Shown here piece by piece: positions 23,620 through 31,373 of a DNA stretch of 64,000 nucleotides (within the stretch, counting starts at the first letter, position 1; each line of letters opens with the position of its first letter). The translations under genes and the position numbers were made by a program. The stretch is from Patescibacteria group bacterium. Its GTDB lineage: Bacteria; Patescibacteriota; CPR2; UBA1875; CAIMLA01. Under the pieces are notes generated by a model. The model had not been told where the DNA came from and made no database searches. It was given only the letters and a program-made list of their open reading frames with translations. The stretch covers positions 10,654 through 74,653 of the forward strand of contig JBGSPL010000002.1 in assembly GCA_041738615.1 (NCBI GenBank). Reading direction: 5' to 3'.

Positions 23620-24635
23620 TTGGCCTCTATGTCGATATGAGTGACTGTTGGCACTTCATCCTCTATGACTTCTTCTAGTTTGTCGATTTCTTTACCTAGA
23701 GTCCTGGTGACTTCATCGCTGAAGCCCACACAGAACTTTATGAAGTCATTGTAATCCTCAATAGACTCATACTCTTTCCTAAAATCACGGCTCTCCAGAA
23801 TTAAGTCGGCTAGGTAGTGGCCGTTGATTTCGACCTCTGCTTTTACTCTGTAGCCATCGGTGGTAATCATAATAGTCTTGAAGTCGTGGATTTCATCGAC
23901 TACAGGCTGATTAGAGAGGATAGTAAATATCTTCTTCCTAATGTGTTTGGGCACAGCTCTGCCCAGTAGGTATTCGCGGTTTACGTTCATAAGGATGATC
24001 GCAACGACGCCGAGGAGAAGACCAATAAGAATGGAACCATAGCTATCCCAATAACTCTGTCCAGTAAGGTTTACTAAGATTAGGGAGAAAATGGCGATGC
24101 CAACGCCGACTACGGCAGCCGAATCCTCATAAATAATTGCAAGTAATGTGGGGTCACCAGAGTGACGAACATATTTAAAGATATTCTCACCATCGGCGAT
24201 TCTTCTTAGCTCTCGTATAGCCATGAAAAGCGAGAAGCCCTCTAGCAGAGCCGAGACTAGAAGGACGGTTATGGTCCAGGTGCTAAAGTGAGATTCAGTA
24301 TGTGTGAGCAGGGTGTCGATTCCGTGGTAGATAGTGACTCCAGCACCAATGAAGAAAACACCACAGGCAGAGAGAAGAGACCAAAAGAACCGCTCATTCT
24401 TGTAGCCATAATTGTAGCTGTCGTCTGCTGGTTTGTGCGATCTCTCAATACCGATAAAGAGAAAAAGCTGATTCGCTGTATCCGCTATAGAGTGGATAAA
24501 CTCGGAAAGCATGACGCCAGAGCCGGTGAAGAGGAAGGCTACAAGCTTGGAGGCACCAACGATGCTGTTACTGATTATTGCTATCGTAACACTGCGCTTG
24601 CCTACTTTGTGCGGGTGATGTGCGGCTTCTGGCAT
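23616..24635 (-). CDS. Cation diffusion facilitator transporter
   Basis: SEFIHSIADTANQ, YEDSAA, HIDIE. Confidence 0.9.
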   Translation of the reverse strand: MPEAAHHPHKVGKRSVTIAIISNSIVGASKLVAFLFTGSGVMLSEFIHSIADTANQLFLFIGIERSHKPADDSYNYGYKNERFFWSLLSACGVFFIGAGVTIYHGIDTLLTHTESHFSTWTITVLLVSALLEGFSLFMAIRELRRIADGENIFKYVRHSGDPTLLAIIYEDSAAVVGVGIAIFSLILVNLTGQSYWDSYGSILIGLLLGVVAIILMNVNREYLLGRAVPKHIRKKIFTILSNQPVVDEIHDFKTIMITTDGYRVKAEVEINGHYLADLILESRDFRKEYESIEDYNDFIKFCVGFSDEVTRTLGKEIDKLEEVIEDEVPTVTHIDIEAN

Positions 24636-24636
24636 C

Positions 24637-26256
24637 TTATTCCCTAACCACCCTTAGCACCTCACCGATGGTAGTTTCACCAGCGATGGCCTTTAGGATA
24701 CCATCCTGCTCCATGGTGGCAAACCCTAGCGAACCAGCAGCTTCGCGAAGTTCGTAGATCGAGGCGCGATCGTTAATGAGTTTTTGTAAGTCACCAGTCA
24801 TCTCGAGGACCTCGAAGATGCCAACGCGGCCTTTGAACCCTATGTGCTGGCAGCTCGGGCACCCGGCACCCTTGTAAAAGTGGACCTCGCTCGTAGGGCG
24901 TAGCTGAGCAGGCAGCTTGGCGGAAATTTTGTTGTACTCGCTAAACTCGAAATCACTCGGCTGATACTCTTCTTTGCAGTCTGGACAGATTTTACGTACC
25001 AGACGCTGAGCAATGATAATGTTGGTACTCGCTGTAATAAGAGTGGGATCGCCAATCATGTCATAGAGACGAGTGATGGCAGTGATGGCGTCGTTGGCAT
25101 GCAGAGTGGAAATCAGAAGGTGCCCGGTAAGTGCCGCCTGGATAGCAGTTTCTGCAGTACTGGCTTCGCGGATTTCACCAACCATGATGATGTCTGGGTC
25201 CTCACGGAGTACGGCTTTGAGCCTGTCGGCAAACGATTCCCCGTCATTAATCTGTGATTGTGTAGTTCCAGGCATCTCGTATTCGACCGGATCCTCAAGG
25301 GTGATGATTTTGACGTCCTCGGTGTTTAGAATGTTCAATATGGAATAGATGGTGGTAGTTTTACCAGCCCCTGTAGGTCCAACTACCAAAATCATGCCGT
25401 GAGGACGAGAAATAGCATTACGTACCGCCGGGAGGTCATGGTCAGAAAAACCGAGCTGTTCGATGTGAAGGGTCTGCGATTGAGTATTGAAAAGACGAAT
25501 TACGATGTCGTCGCCGTGAAGGGAAGGCATGGTTTCGATACGAACTCCGAGGTCGCGATCTTCGAATTTGATGGAGAAGCGTCCACCCTGAGGATAGGGG
25601 GCATTTAGCTTGATGTTTGCGTTTAGCTCTACCTGGGAGAGGACATAACCATACTTGTCAGCATCGAGTGTCGCAATCTCGTGTAGGGTGCCATCTAGGC
25701 GATAGCGAATGCGAGCATAGCCATCTCTTGGCTCCACATGAATGTCGGATGCACCGGCCTTGAAGGCGACTACTAGAATCATCTTTAGTAGATCCTGGAT
25801 AGGTGCTTTTTGTAGTTTGGTCGCAAGCTCTTCGAAGCTGGTGATATCCTCCATCTTTGTCAGGTCTATTCGCTCGTCATCAAGGTTGGTAGGTGCCATC
25901 TTGGTAATCTCGTTGTATTTAGGGAGCCAATCTAGGTAGGAAGGCTCGGAGATGAGGGCAATTGGCACCTCGCGAATGCCGTAATTCTTCTTCATGCCCT
26001 CGAATAGAAGCGAAAAGTCTTTCTCGGGATCAACGATGCCGATATATAGTTTTCTCTGCTCACTTTTTAACGGTATTGCCTTATATTTGATAACTTCATC
26101 ACGCGAGAGGAACTCCAGTACTTCCTTGGGGATAGAGGATTGGCGCAAATCTGCATAACCAATACCAAGTTGCGAAGCACGCGATCTCGTATCGGCTTCC
26201 TGACCATTTCGGTAAAGGTCGGTAGCTACATCATTAATTTGCTTCTTGTCCGCCAA
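24637..26256 (-). CDS. pilB: GspE/PilB type IV pilus assembly ATPase
   Basis: ASDIHVEP, GPTGAGKTTT, LEDPVEY, LREDPDIIMVGEIR, tetracysteine motif. Confidence 0.9.
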   Translation of the reverse strand: MADKKQINDVATDLYRNGQEADTRSRASQLGIGYADLRQSSIPKEVLEFLSRDEVIKYKAIPLKSEQRKLYIGIVDPEKDFSLLFEGMKKNYGIREVPIALISEPSYLDWLPKYNEITKMAPTNLDDERIDLTKMEDITSFEELATKLQKAPIQDLLKMILVVAFKAGASDIHVEPRDGYARIRYRLDGTLHEIATLDADKYGYVLSQVELNANIKLNAPYPQGGRFSIKFEDRDLGVRIETMPSLHGDDIVIRLFNTQSQTLHIEQLGFSDHDLPAVRNAISRPHGMILVVGPTGAGKTTTIYSILNILNTEDVKIITLEDPVEYEMPGTTQSQINDGESFADRLKAVLREDPDIIMVGEIREASTAETAIQAALTGHLLISTLHANDAITAITRLYDMIGDPTLITASTNIIIAQRLVRKICPDCKEEYQPSDFEFSEYNKISAKLPAQLRPTSEVHFYKGAGCPSCQHIGFKGRVGIFEVLEMTGDLQKLINDRASIYELREAAGSLGFATMEQDGILKAIAGETTIGEVLRVVRE

Positions 26257-26326
26257 GAATACCCTCCATTGTTACTTGTATTTTAGCACAAATCCAAAAG
26301 GATAATAATTATTACGCTACAAAGCG

Positions 26327-27076
26327 CTAACAGCTCAAAAGTTCGGTCAATGAGCGATAAGTGCCTGATATTTCCAGAGGTATTTCGTGATAGAGACCTT
26401 CTTTCCAGAATGTTTTGAAAGCCTGGCCGTCGCAACCTGAGGAGAGAAGGCGAAAATTGTCGTCCATAATTTCGATGGCGCTGCAGTTACTGAGCGCGAT
26501 AGCTACGCCAGATGTAGATTTCATCATTTCTTTTAGATCGTCTCGGCGGTCTGGTTCACTTATAAAGTGGGGACAAAGCAGAGCGTCAATAATTCCAAGA
26601 GCCACCACTTTTCTCAATGCAGCATCAGGGTCTTTGAACCTGCCAGAGTCCGAGTTACCATCGCGAAACCAGCAAATAGCACCAGCACTCAGTCCGGTCA
26701 TTAGTATCCCTTTCTCGTGTGCTTCCCTCAGGACCTTGTCTAACCCACATTGTCTCCAAACCTTTATCATCTTTGCCGTATTTCCACCGCCAACGTATAT
26801 GACGTCAGCACACATAACGCGCTTTCTCATCTCGGCAGGAGTCATTTCTTTATTGGGTAAGTATAAACAATCGGTAATGCAGCCAAGCTCCTGTCCAAAG
26901 TGTTTCTGAACGTCGGCGTAGTACTTCCTCTGATTTGTACTTGCTGTAGGTATAAAAAGAAGCTTCGGATTATTCTTTCCCGTAAGCTCGAGTATTTCTC
27001 TGTCTATCGACGTGGTTTCGTGCGGATGACCCGGTCTTCCTATCTCACCACCGCCTATAGCGACTATTCTACCCAC
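26327..27076 (-). CDS. Peptidase E (S51 family)
   Basis: IVAIGGG, FIPTAS, YVGGGNT, GLSAGA, CPH; GTG 27076 taken as start. Confidence 0.9.
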   Translation of the reverse strand: MGRIVAIGGGEIGRPGHPHETTSIDREILELTGKNNPKLLFIPTASTNQRKYYADVQKHFGQELGCITDCLYLPNKEMTPAEMRKRVMCADVIYVGGGNTAKMIKVWRQCGLDKVLREAHEKGILMTGLSAGAICWFRDGNSDSGRFKDPDAALRKVVALGIIDALLCPHFISEPDRRDDLKEMMKSTSGVAIALSNCSAIEIMDDNFRLLSSGCDGQAFKTFWKEGLYHEIPLEISGTYRSLTELLSC

Positions 27077-27144
27077 AACACATATCCATAACGACAACTT
27101 TAGCACGAATGTTTCGGCAACAAAACAGGGACTCAATCAAACGA

Positions 27145-27173
27145 TTGAAAACGTGCACGGATTGCTGTATAAT
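27145..27173 (+). promoter_or_regulatory. sigma70 promoter of the tRNA-Arg/tRNA-Ser unit
   Basis: TTGAAA-17-TATAAT. Confidence 0.8.
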
Positions 27174-27188
27174 CAACGGGTTATTTAG

Positions 27189-27265
27189 GCGCCTGTAGCT
27201 CAGGGGATTAGAGCGTACGGTTGCGGTCCGTAAGGTCGGAGGTTCGATCCCTCCCAGGCGCACCA
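27189..27265 (+). tRNA. tRNA-Arg (anticodon GCG)
   Basis: Acceptor GCGCCTG/CAGGCGC; anticodon arm TACGG-TTGCGGT-CCGTA; TTCGATC T-loop; A20; encoded CCA. Confidence 0.95.
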
Positions 27266-27388
27266 CTTCGGATTTTGCTAACGTGTTCCGCGGATTGGCT
27301 AAGGCCAACCACTGCACACTTTCGCAAATCCTCGTTGTTCCGTGAAAATTACAAATTTCCACGGAAGGGAACGACGAGGGAACCGAAA
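27266..27388. repeat. Structured tRNA-spacer element A
   Basis: Two long hairpins closed by TTCGG/CCGAA; the core is homologous to 30164-30199. Confidence 0.6.
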
Positions 27389-27434
27389 CATTCAAGGAAA
27401 AGTATATCGAAGTAGCATCAGCTATCGTTAACGT

Positions 27435-27522
27435 GGAGAGGTGCGAGAGTGGTTGAATCGAACGGTCTCGAACACCGTCATACCGCAAGGTATCGAGGGT
27501 TCGAATCCCTCCCTCTCCGCCA
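27435..27522 (+). tRNA. tRNA-Ser (anticodon CGA)
   Basis: GGAGAGG/CCTCTCC, ACGGT-CTCGAAC-ACCGT, long variable arm, G73, CCA. Confidence 0.95.
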
Positions 27523-27557
27523 TAAAAAAAACCGGCCGTAGGCCGGGCTTTTGTTAT

Positions 27558-28040
27558 TTACAGTCTGAACCACCGCATCAAAGTGTCTGCAATGTTCTCT
27601 GTGCGATTGCCTTCTTCGGGGATGTATTTCCCTATTGCTGCGCGAATTTTTACCGGATCTACATCACCAAGCATAATAGTAAGTTGTGGCAAATACTTCT
27701 TTTGAAAGATTATGTTCAACGAAGGGTGGTTCCGGTGTAGCAAGAACCAAAAGGAATACATTTCGTTATAGGGGTAGAAGCGAGTATCTATGTAAAGCCC
27801 AAGCTGTGAGAATCGGTAGGTTTTCTCGACAGGACTTTGCTGTTGGTACCAATACATAAAGCCGATGAGGACGACTATTATGGCAGCGCCATACCAATCT
27901 CCTGTGTACAGCGAGTATCCGATAACGCCCAAGAAAAATAAGCCGATTACTGCGTAGTATGCCGTAGAACGGGTATATTCTGGGTACTCTTTTGCCTTCC
28001 AGGCTACGAGTACGGTTTCTTTAGTGTCTTCCTCCGCCAT
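27558..28040 (-). CDS. Conserved two-TM membrane protein (DUF5673-like)
   Basis: WKAKEY..RS..Y, two TMs, GLYID..FYPY..SFW; ATG 28040 lies 6 nt after TATAAT. Confidence 0.7.
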   Translation of the reverse strand: MAEEDTKETVLVAWKAKEYPEYTRSTAYYAVIGLFFLGVIGYSLYTGDWYGAAIIVVLIGFMYWYQQQSPVEKTYRFSQLGLYIDTRFYPYNEMYSFWFLLHRNHPSLNIIFQKKYLPQLTIMLGDVDPVKIRAAIGKYIPEEGNRTENIADTLMRWFRL

Positions 28041-28083
28041 GACTTCATTATACAAAGTATATTTGGAAAAGTAAAAGTTATAA

Positions 28084-28109
28084 AATGACCCACCTAGTGG
28101 TGGGTCATT
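28084..28109 (-). terminator. Terminator after rubrerythrin
   Basis: AATGACCCACC-TAGT-GGTGGGTCATT. Confidence 0.75.
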
Positions 28110-28119
28110 CGGACTTTGT

Positions 28120-28701
28120 TTAGTAATTCTCGGAGAGGAGCTGATAGAAAGCTTGTGGGTGCTCACAGACTGGGCAAACTTTTGGTGGCTCGGTTCCTTC
28201 GTGGACGTATCCACATTCACGGCAGCACCACCACACTTTTTCGCCGCGCTTAAAGATCATGCCACTTTCCACAAGAGAAAGTAGTTTGGTGTATCTTTCC
28301 TCATGATGTGCCTCTGCCTCGGCAATATCGGTGAGTCGGTTGGAAATGATAGTGAGACCTTCCTCTTTGGCGACCTTAGCAAACTCTGGGTACATCTGGC
28401 TAGTCTCGAAGTGTTCACCGGCAATTGATGCCTTCAGGTTCTCTAGGGTCGTGTCCCAGACGTTTGGGACCTCTGTAGGAATTTGGATCGCAGGATAGTT
28501 CACGTCATTATTCTTGAGCTCCTGGATATGGCCCATGAGCATCTTGGCGTGAGTTTTTTCCTGGTTAGCAGTTTCCTCAAACACGCCAGCAATCTGTTCG
28601 TAACCTTCTTTGCGAGCAACCGATGCGTATATGGTGTAGCGATTGCGGGCTTGGCTTTCGCCAGCAAAAGCTTTGGCTAGATTCTCGATAGTTTTCTGCA
28701 T
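28120..28701 (-). CDS. rbr: Rubrerythrin
   Basis: AFAGESQARNRY, EKTHA, EAHHE, C-terminal CRECG...CPVC rubredoxin. Confidence 0.95.
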   Translation of the reverse strand: MQKTIENLAKAFAGESQARNRYTIYASVARKEGYEQIAGVFEETANQEKTHAKMLMGHIQELKNNDVNYPAIQIPTEVPNVWDTTLENLKASIAGEHFETSQMYPEFAKVAKEEGLTIISNRLTDIAEAEAHHEERYTKLLSLVESGMIFKRGEKVWWCCRECGYVHEGTEPPKVCPVCEHPQAFYQLLSENY

Positions 28702-28710
28702 ATCTTCTCC

Positions 28711-29139
28711 TTATGCTTTAATGATTTGTTCGCGCCTGTTCTCAGCGTCAGGGGTACCACTTAGGTTATCCCAAAGGCCGTGTACGTTACAGTAAATCGT
28801 CACCAGGTAATCTTCACCCTCCGGGAGTCTAAAAGTAGCTCTAGGGGCCTCTCCTGCGCTCAGGAACTTACGAAATGAGGTTGTGGCGGTGGCAAGTTCT
28901 ATCCACTCGATGTAATGCTCAGGCAACATTGGATGTTCCACAGTTCCCACGACTACTTCTACTTTACTGTCGAGAGCTGTAACCACCGGCACATGTTTCT
29001 CGTGACCCTCAGGGCCGTTGCTTGGTACGAGCAATACCATTGGTTCACCGCAGCATTTGAGTGTTCCGTGGCCTGCATCAAGCACGGAAACTATGTTTCC
29101 GCATTCCTCGCACTTGTAATAGTTTTTTCGTAATGCCAT
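28711..29139 (-). CDS. dfx: Desulfoferrodoxin / superoxide reductase
   Basis: YKCEECGN..CCG, EKHVP, HPM..EHYIEWI, YCNVHGLW. Confidence 0.95.
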   Translation of the reverse strand: MALRKNYYKCEECGNIVSVLDAGHGTLKCCGEPMVLLVPSNGPEGHEKHVPVVTALDSKVEVVVGTVEHPMLPEHYIEWIELATATTSFRKFLSAGEAPRATFRLPEGEDYLVTIYCNVHGLWDNLSGTPDAENRREQIIKA

Positions 29140-29172
29140 TTCTACCTCGCTTTCCACTTCTATTTTAACATA

Positions 29173-29202
29173 AGGGAGAAGAGGGTTGCCCCTCTTCTCC
29201 CT
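29173..29202. terminator. 13-bp hairpin between heliorhodopsin and dfx
   Basis: AGGGAGAAGAGGG-TTGC-CCCTCTTCTCCCT. Confidence 0.7.
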
Positions 29203-29220
29203 GTGATCAGATGTGGCTAA

Positions 29221-29982
29221 TTATCGTAGAGTTCCACCCCATACCTGCCAAGCAAGAAGCGCCTTGGCAACTAGTGAGAAGGTGATGTAAGCGTACTCAC
29301 CGTAGAGGTAATCCTGCCATTTACCAATCTTTTTGTATTGAAGAATCATATTTACCGAGAAGACGTTGAAGGCGATAAAAAGGCTCCAAAAGATTGCGTA
29401 GACAAAGTTAGGGACAGCATCTCCACCGGCGGCAAGGGCATTATAGAAATATAGTCCCATCACTACCCATGGCATCGCCCCGGCAAAACAACCGAAAAGA
29501 TACGCAGTCCAGTCGGTCTTCTTGGTGGTTTGGTTGTGGACTTCCATCATCCAGCCAAAGAGAATCATGCAGGCATTTAGTGAGAAGATCAGAATTAAGG
29601 TAGATAAATCGTAGATACCACAAAGTATGGCAATCACCACGACCATCATCGAAGATGTGATAGCATACTCTGCCCAGCGAAATAGATTGATGCCCTTCTG
29701 AATCTGCTCTTCGTACTTTTTGCGCCATACGAAAGCATTACCGAGTAGAAATAGCCCAGAAAGCAGTAGAAATGAAGCCACGATAGGACCGAGGCGCCAC
29801 TGCGCAAAATTCGCGACTAGGGTGGTTGGCATTCCTGGAATATTACTGTTCTTGCCTAGGTAGCTAGTAGTAATTTGTGCGGCGCTGTCGTTTGAAATCG
29901 CCCACATTAGCACACCCTGTGCAAACAGTAGTACTCCGACTACAGAATTGTAGATCCAGAGATTATTTAGTTTCTTTTCCAT
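29221..29982 (-). CDS. heR: Heliorhodopsin
   Basis: Seven TMs; NLFRWAEYAITSSMM; retinal-Lys motif SLVAKALLAWQVWGG. Confidence 0.93.
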   Translation of the reverse strand: MEKKLNNLWIYNSVVGVLLFAQGVLMWAISNDSAAQITTSYLGKNSNIPGMPTTLVANFAQWRLGPIVASFLLLSGLFLLGNAFVWRKKYEEQIQKGINLFRWAEYAITSSMMVVVIAILCGIYDLSTLILIFSLNACMILFGWMMEVHNQTTKKTDWTAYLFGCFAGAMPWVVMGLYFYNALAAGGDAVPNFVYAIFWSLFIAFNVFSVNMILQYKKIGKWQDYLYGEYAYITFSLVAKALLAWQVWGGTLR

Positions 29983-30056
29983 ATTTCCCCCCTTTCGATA
30001 TGTGTATAATACACCGATTTAAATAACAAAAAAATACCCGTTTCAGGTATTCTTTA

Positions 30057-30146
30057 TGGCGGAAGGGGTGGGATTCGAACCCACGATACCATTGCTGGTA
30101 TGACGGTTTTCAAGACCGTTCGATTCAACCGCTCTCGCACCCTTCC
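30057..30146 (-). tRNA. tRNA-Ser (anticodon TGA)
   Basis: GGAAGGG/CCCTTCC, ACGGT-CTTGAAA-ACCGT, long variable arm, CCA. Confidence 0.95.
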
Positions 30147-30147
30147 A

Positions 30148-30254
30148 CGTCGCAACACGTTATGGGTTTCGCAAGTCGGCTTTGCCGATTGCTGCACCTC
30201 TGTACTGTTGCTCCTTTCCCCTTAAATCCTTCGGATTTCGGGGGCCCCACGACG
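30148..30254. repeat. Structured tRNA-spacer element B
   Basis: Two hairpins closed by CGTCG/CGACG; the core is homologous to 27283-27319. Confidence 0.6.
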
Positions 30255-30275
30255 AAGTAATTCGATAGAAATATA

Positions 30276-30368
30276 TGGCGGAGAGAGAGGGATTCGAACC
30301 CTCGCGCCAGGTTGCCCCGGCCTACAGGTTTAGCAAACCCGCCCCTTCAGCCACTTGGGTACCTCTCC
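30276..30368 (-). tRNA. tRNA-Ser (anticodon GCT)
   Basis: GGAGAGG/TCTCTCC, CGGGT-TTGCTAA-ACCTG, long variable arm, CCA. Confidence 0.95.
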
Positions 30369-30472
30369 GCGAACGCAAATTATCTGACAATTTGCCGCTA
30401 AATTATAGCTGATTTGTGGCTAAATAACAAGTGAATCTTGGATTGTAGCTGGTGTTGCCATATAATGACGGC

Positions 30473-31291
30473 ATGAGCCAACCCAAGGTAGACCAGATTA
30501 ATAAGAGAGTTAACCGAGGATATATTTCTTTCGCGTTAGCTTTTGCAACTATGTCGGTCTTGATTGTGTTATCTGGTGTGCGAATATCTTCTTTTTACTT
30601 ACATAAGGCCGAAAAGTCAGCAAGGTCAGAAGAACATCTGCTCTATCTGTCTCTTTCCGATGCTTTCTGGAGAACGGAAGACTCTCAGTACAAGCTGGGA
30701 CAGTATTATCTAAAGCAGAAGGATTACGTCCGCGCAGCTGTGTATTTCTCGGGAAATAACGCTATATCAGCAAAAAATGCTTATGTGGAAGCAAAATATT
30801 ACGTTTCCGATTATCAGTCCGTGGTGAGTAGATATATGGGCGAGCCAACTCTATATGCTGAACCCAGCAGAATTTTGGTCGCCAAGAGTTACTTGAAGCT
30901 CGGAGACCTCAACGAGGCGAGAAAGTTACTTTCCCAGCTACCAGAGGCAGGGCTAAGTATTGGCGAGAAGTCGATTTTGGCTGTGGAAGATGAGGAAATG
31001 AATTATCAGCTCGTATATAAAGCACTAAATACAGAGGGTTTTCCACATGCAGCTACTGAGCTTCTCCGGGAAGGCGAAACGAAGAAGCATCTCGATAGAG
31101 ATGCTCTTCTCAGCCTTGCGCAAGCAGAAATATACGAAAGCCACAAGGATCGTGCATACGAAACACTCATTCAGGCGCTCGCCAAAGATGCCTATTATCC
31201 ACAGACTTATCGACAACTAATTACTACCGGTGGAGAACTTGGGAAAGACGTTTCGGTATACAAAAACCGCCTAGCCGAGCTTGAGTGGTAG
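30473..31291 (+). CDS. Membrane-anchored TPR-repeat protein
   Basis: N-terminal TM; YKLGQYYLKQKDY and AKSYLKLGDLNEA helices; ATG lies 6 nt after TATAAT. Confidence 0.7.
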   Translation: MSQPKVDQINKRVNRGYISFALAFATMSVLIVLSGVRISSFYLHKAEKSARSEEHLLYLSLSDAFWRTEDSQYKLGQYYLKQKDYVRAAVYFSGNNAISAKNAYVEAKYYVSDYQSVVSRYMGEPTLYAEPSRILVAKSYLKLGDLNEARKLLSQLPEAGLSIGEKSILAVEDEEMNYQLVYKALNTEGFPHAATELLREGETKKHLDRDALLSLAQAEIYESHKDRAYETLIQALAKDAYYPQTYRQLITTGGELGKDVSVYKNRLAELEW

Positions 31292-31323
31292 GCGGTTTAG
31301 GGATGTTTCACCCGACTCCGTTA

Positions 31324-31339
31324 TGTTTCACGTGAAACA
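31324..31339. promoter_or_regulatory. parS centromere-like site (intergenic)
   Basis: Perfect TGTTTCACGTGAAACA; an additional half site TGTTTCAC at 31304. Confidence 0.92.
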
Positions 31340-31373
31340 TGACTTCGAACGGGCAAGCGCTAATTTGATAGAA

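Noticed and set aside
27069-27740. ORFs across the tRNA-Arg/tRNA-Ser region
   Set aside because: They overlap bona fide tRNA genes
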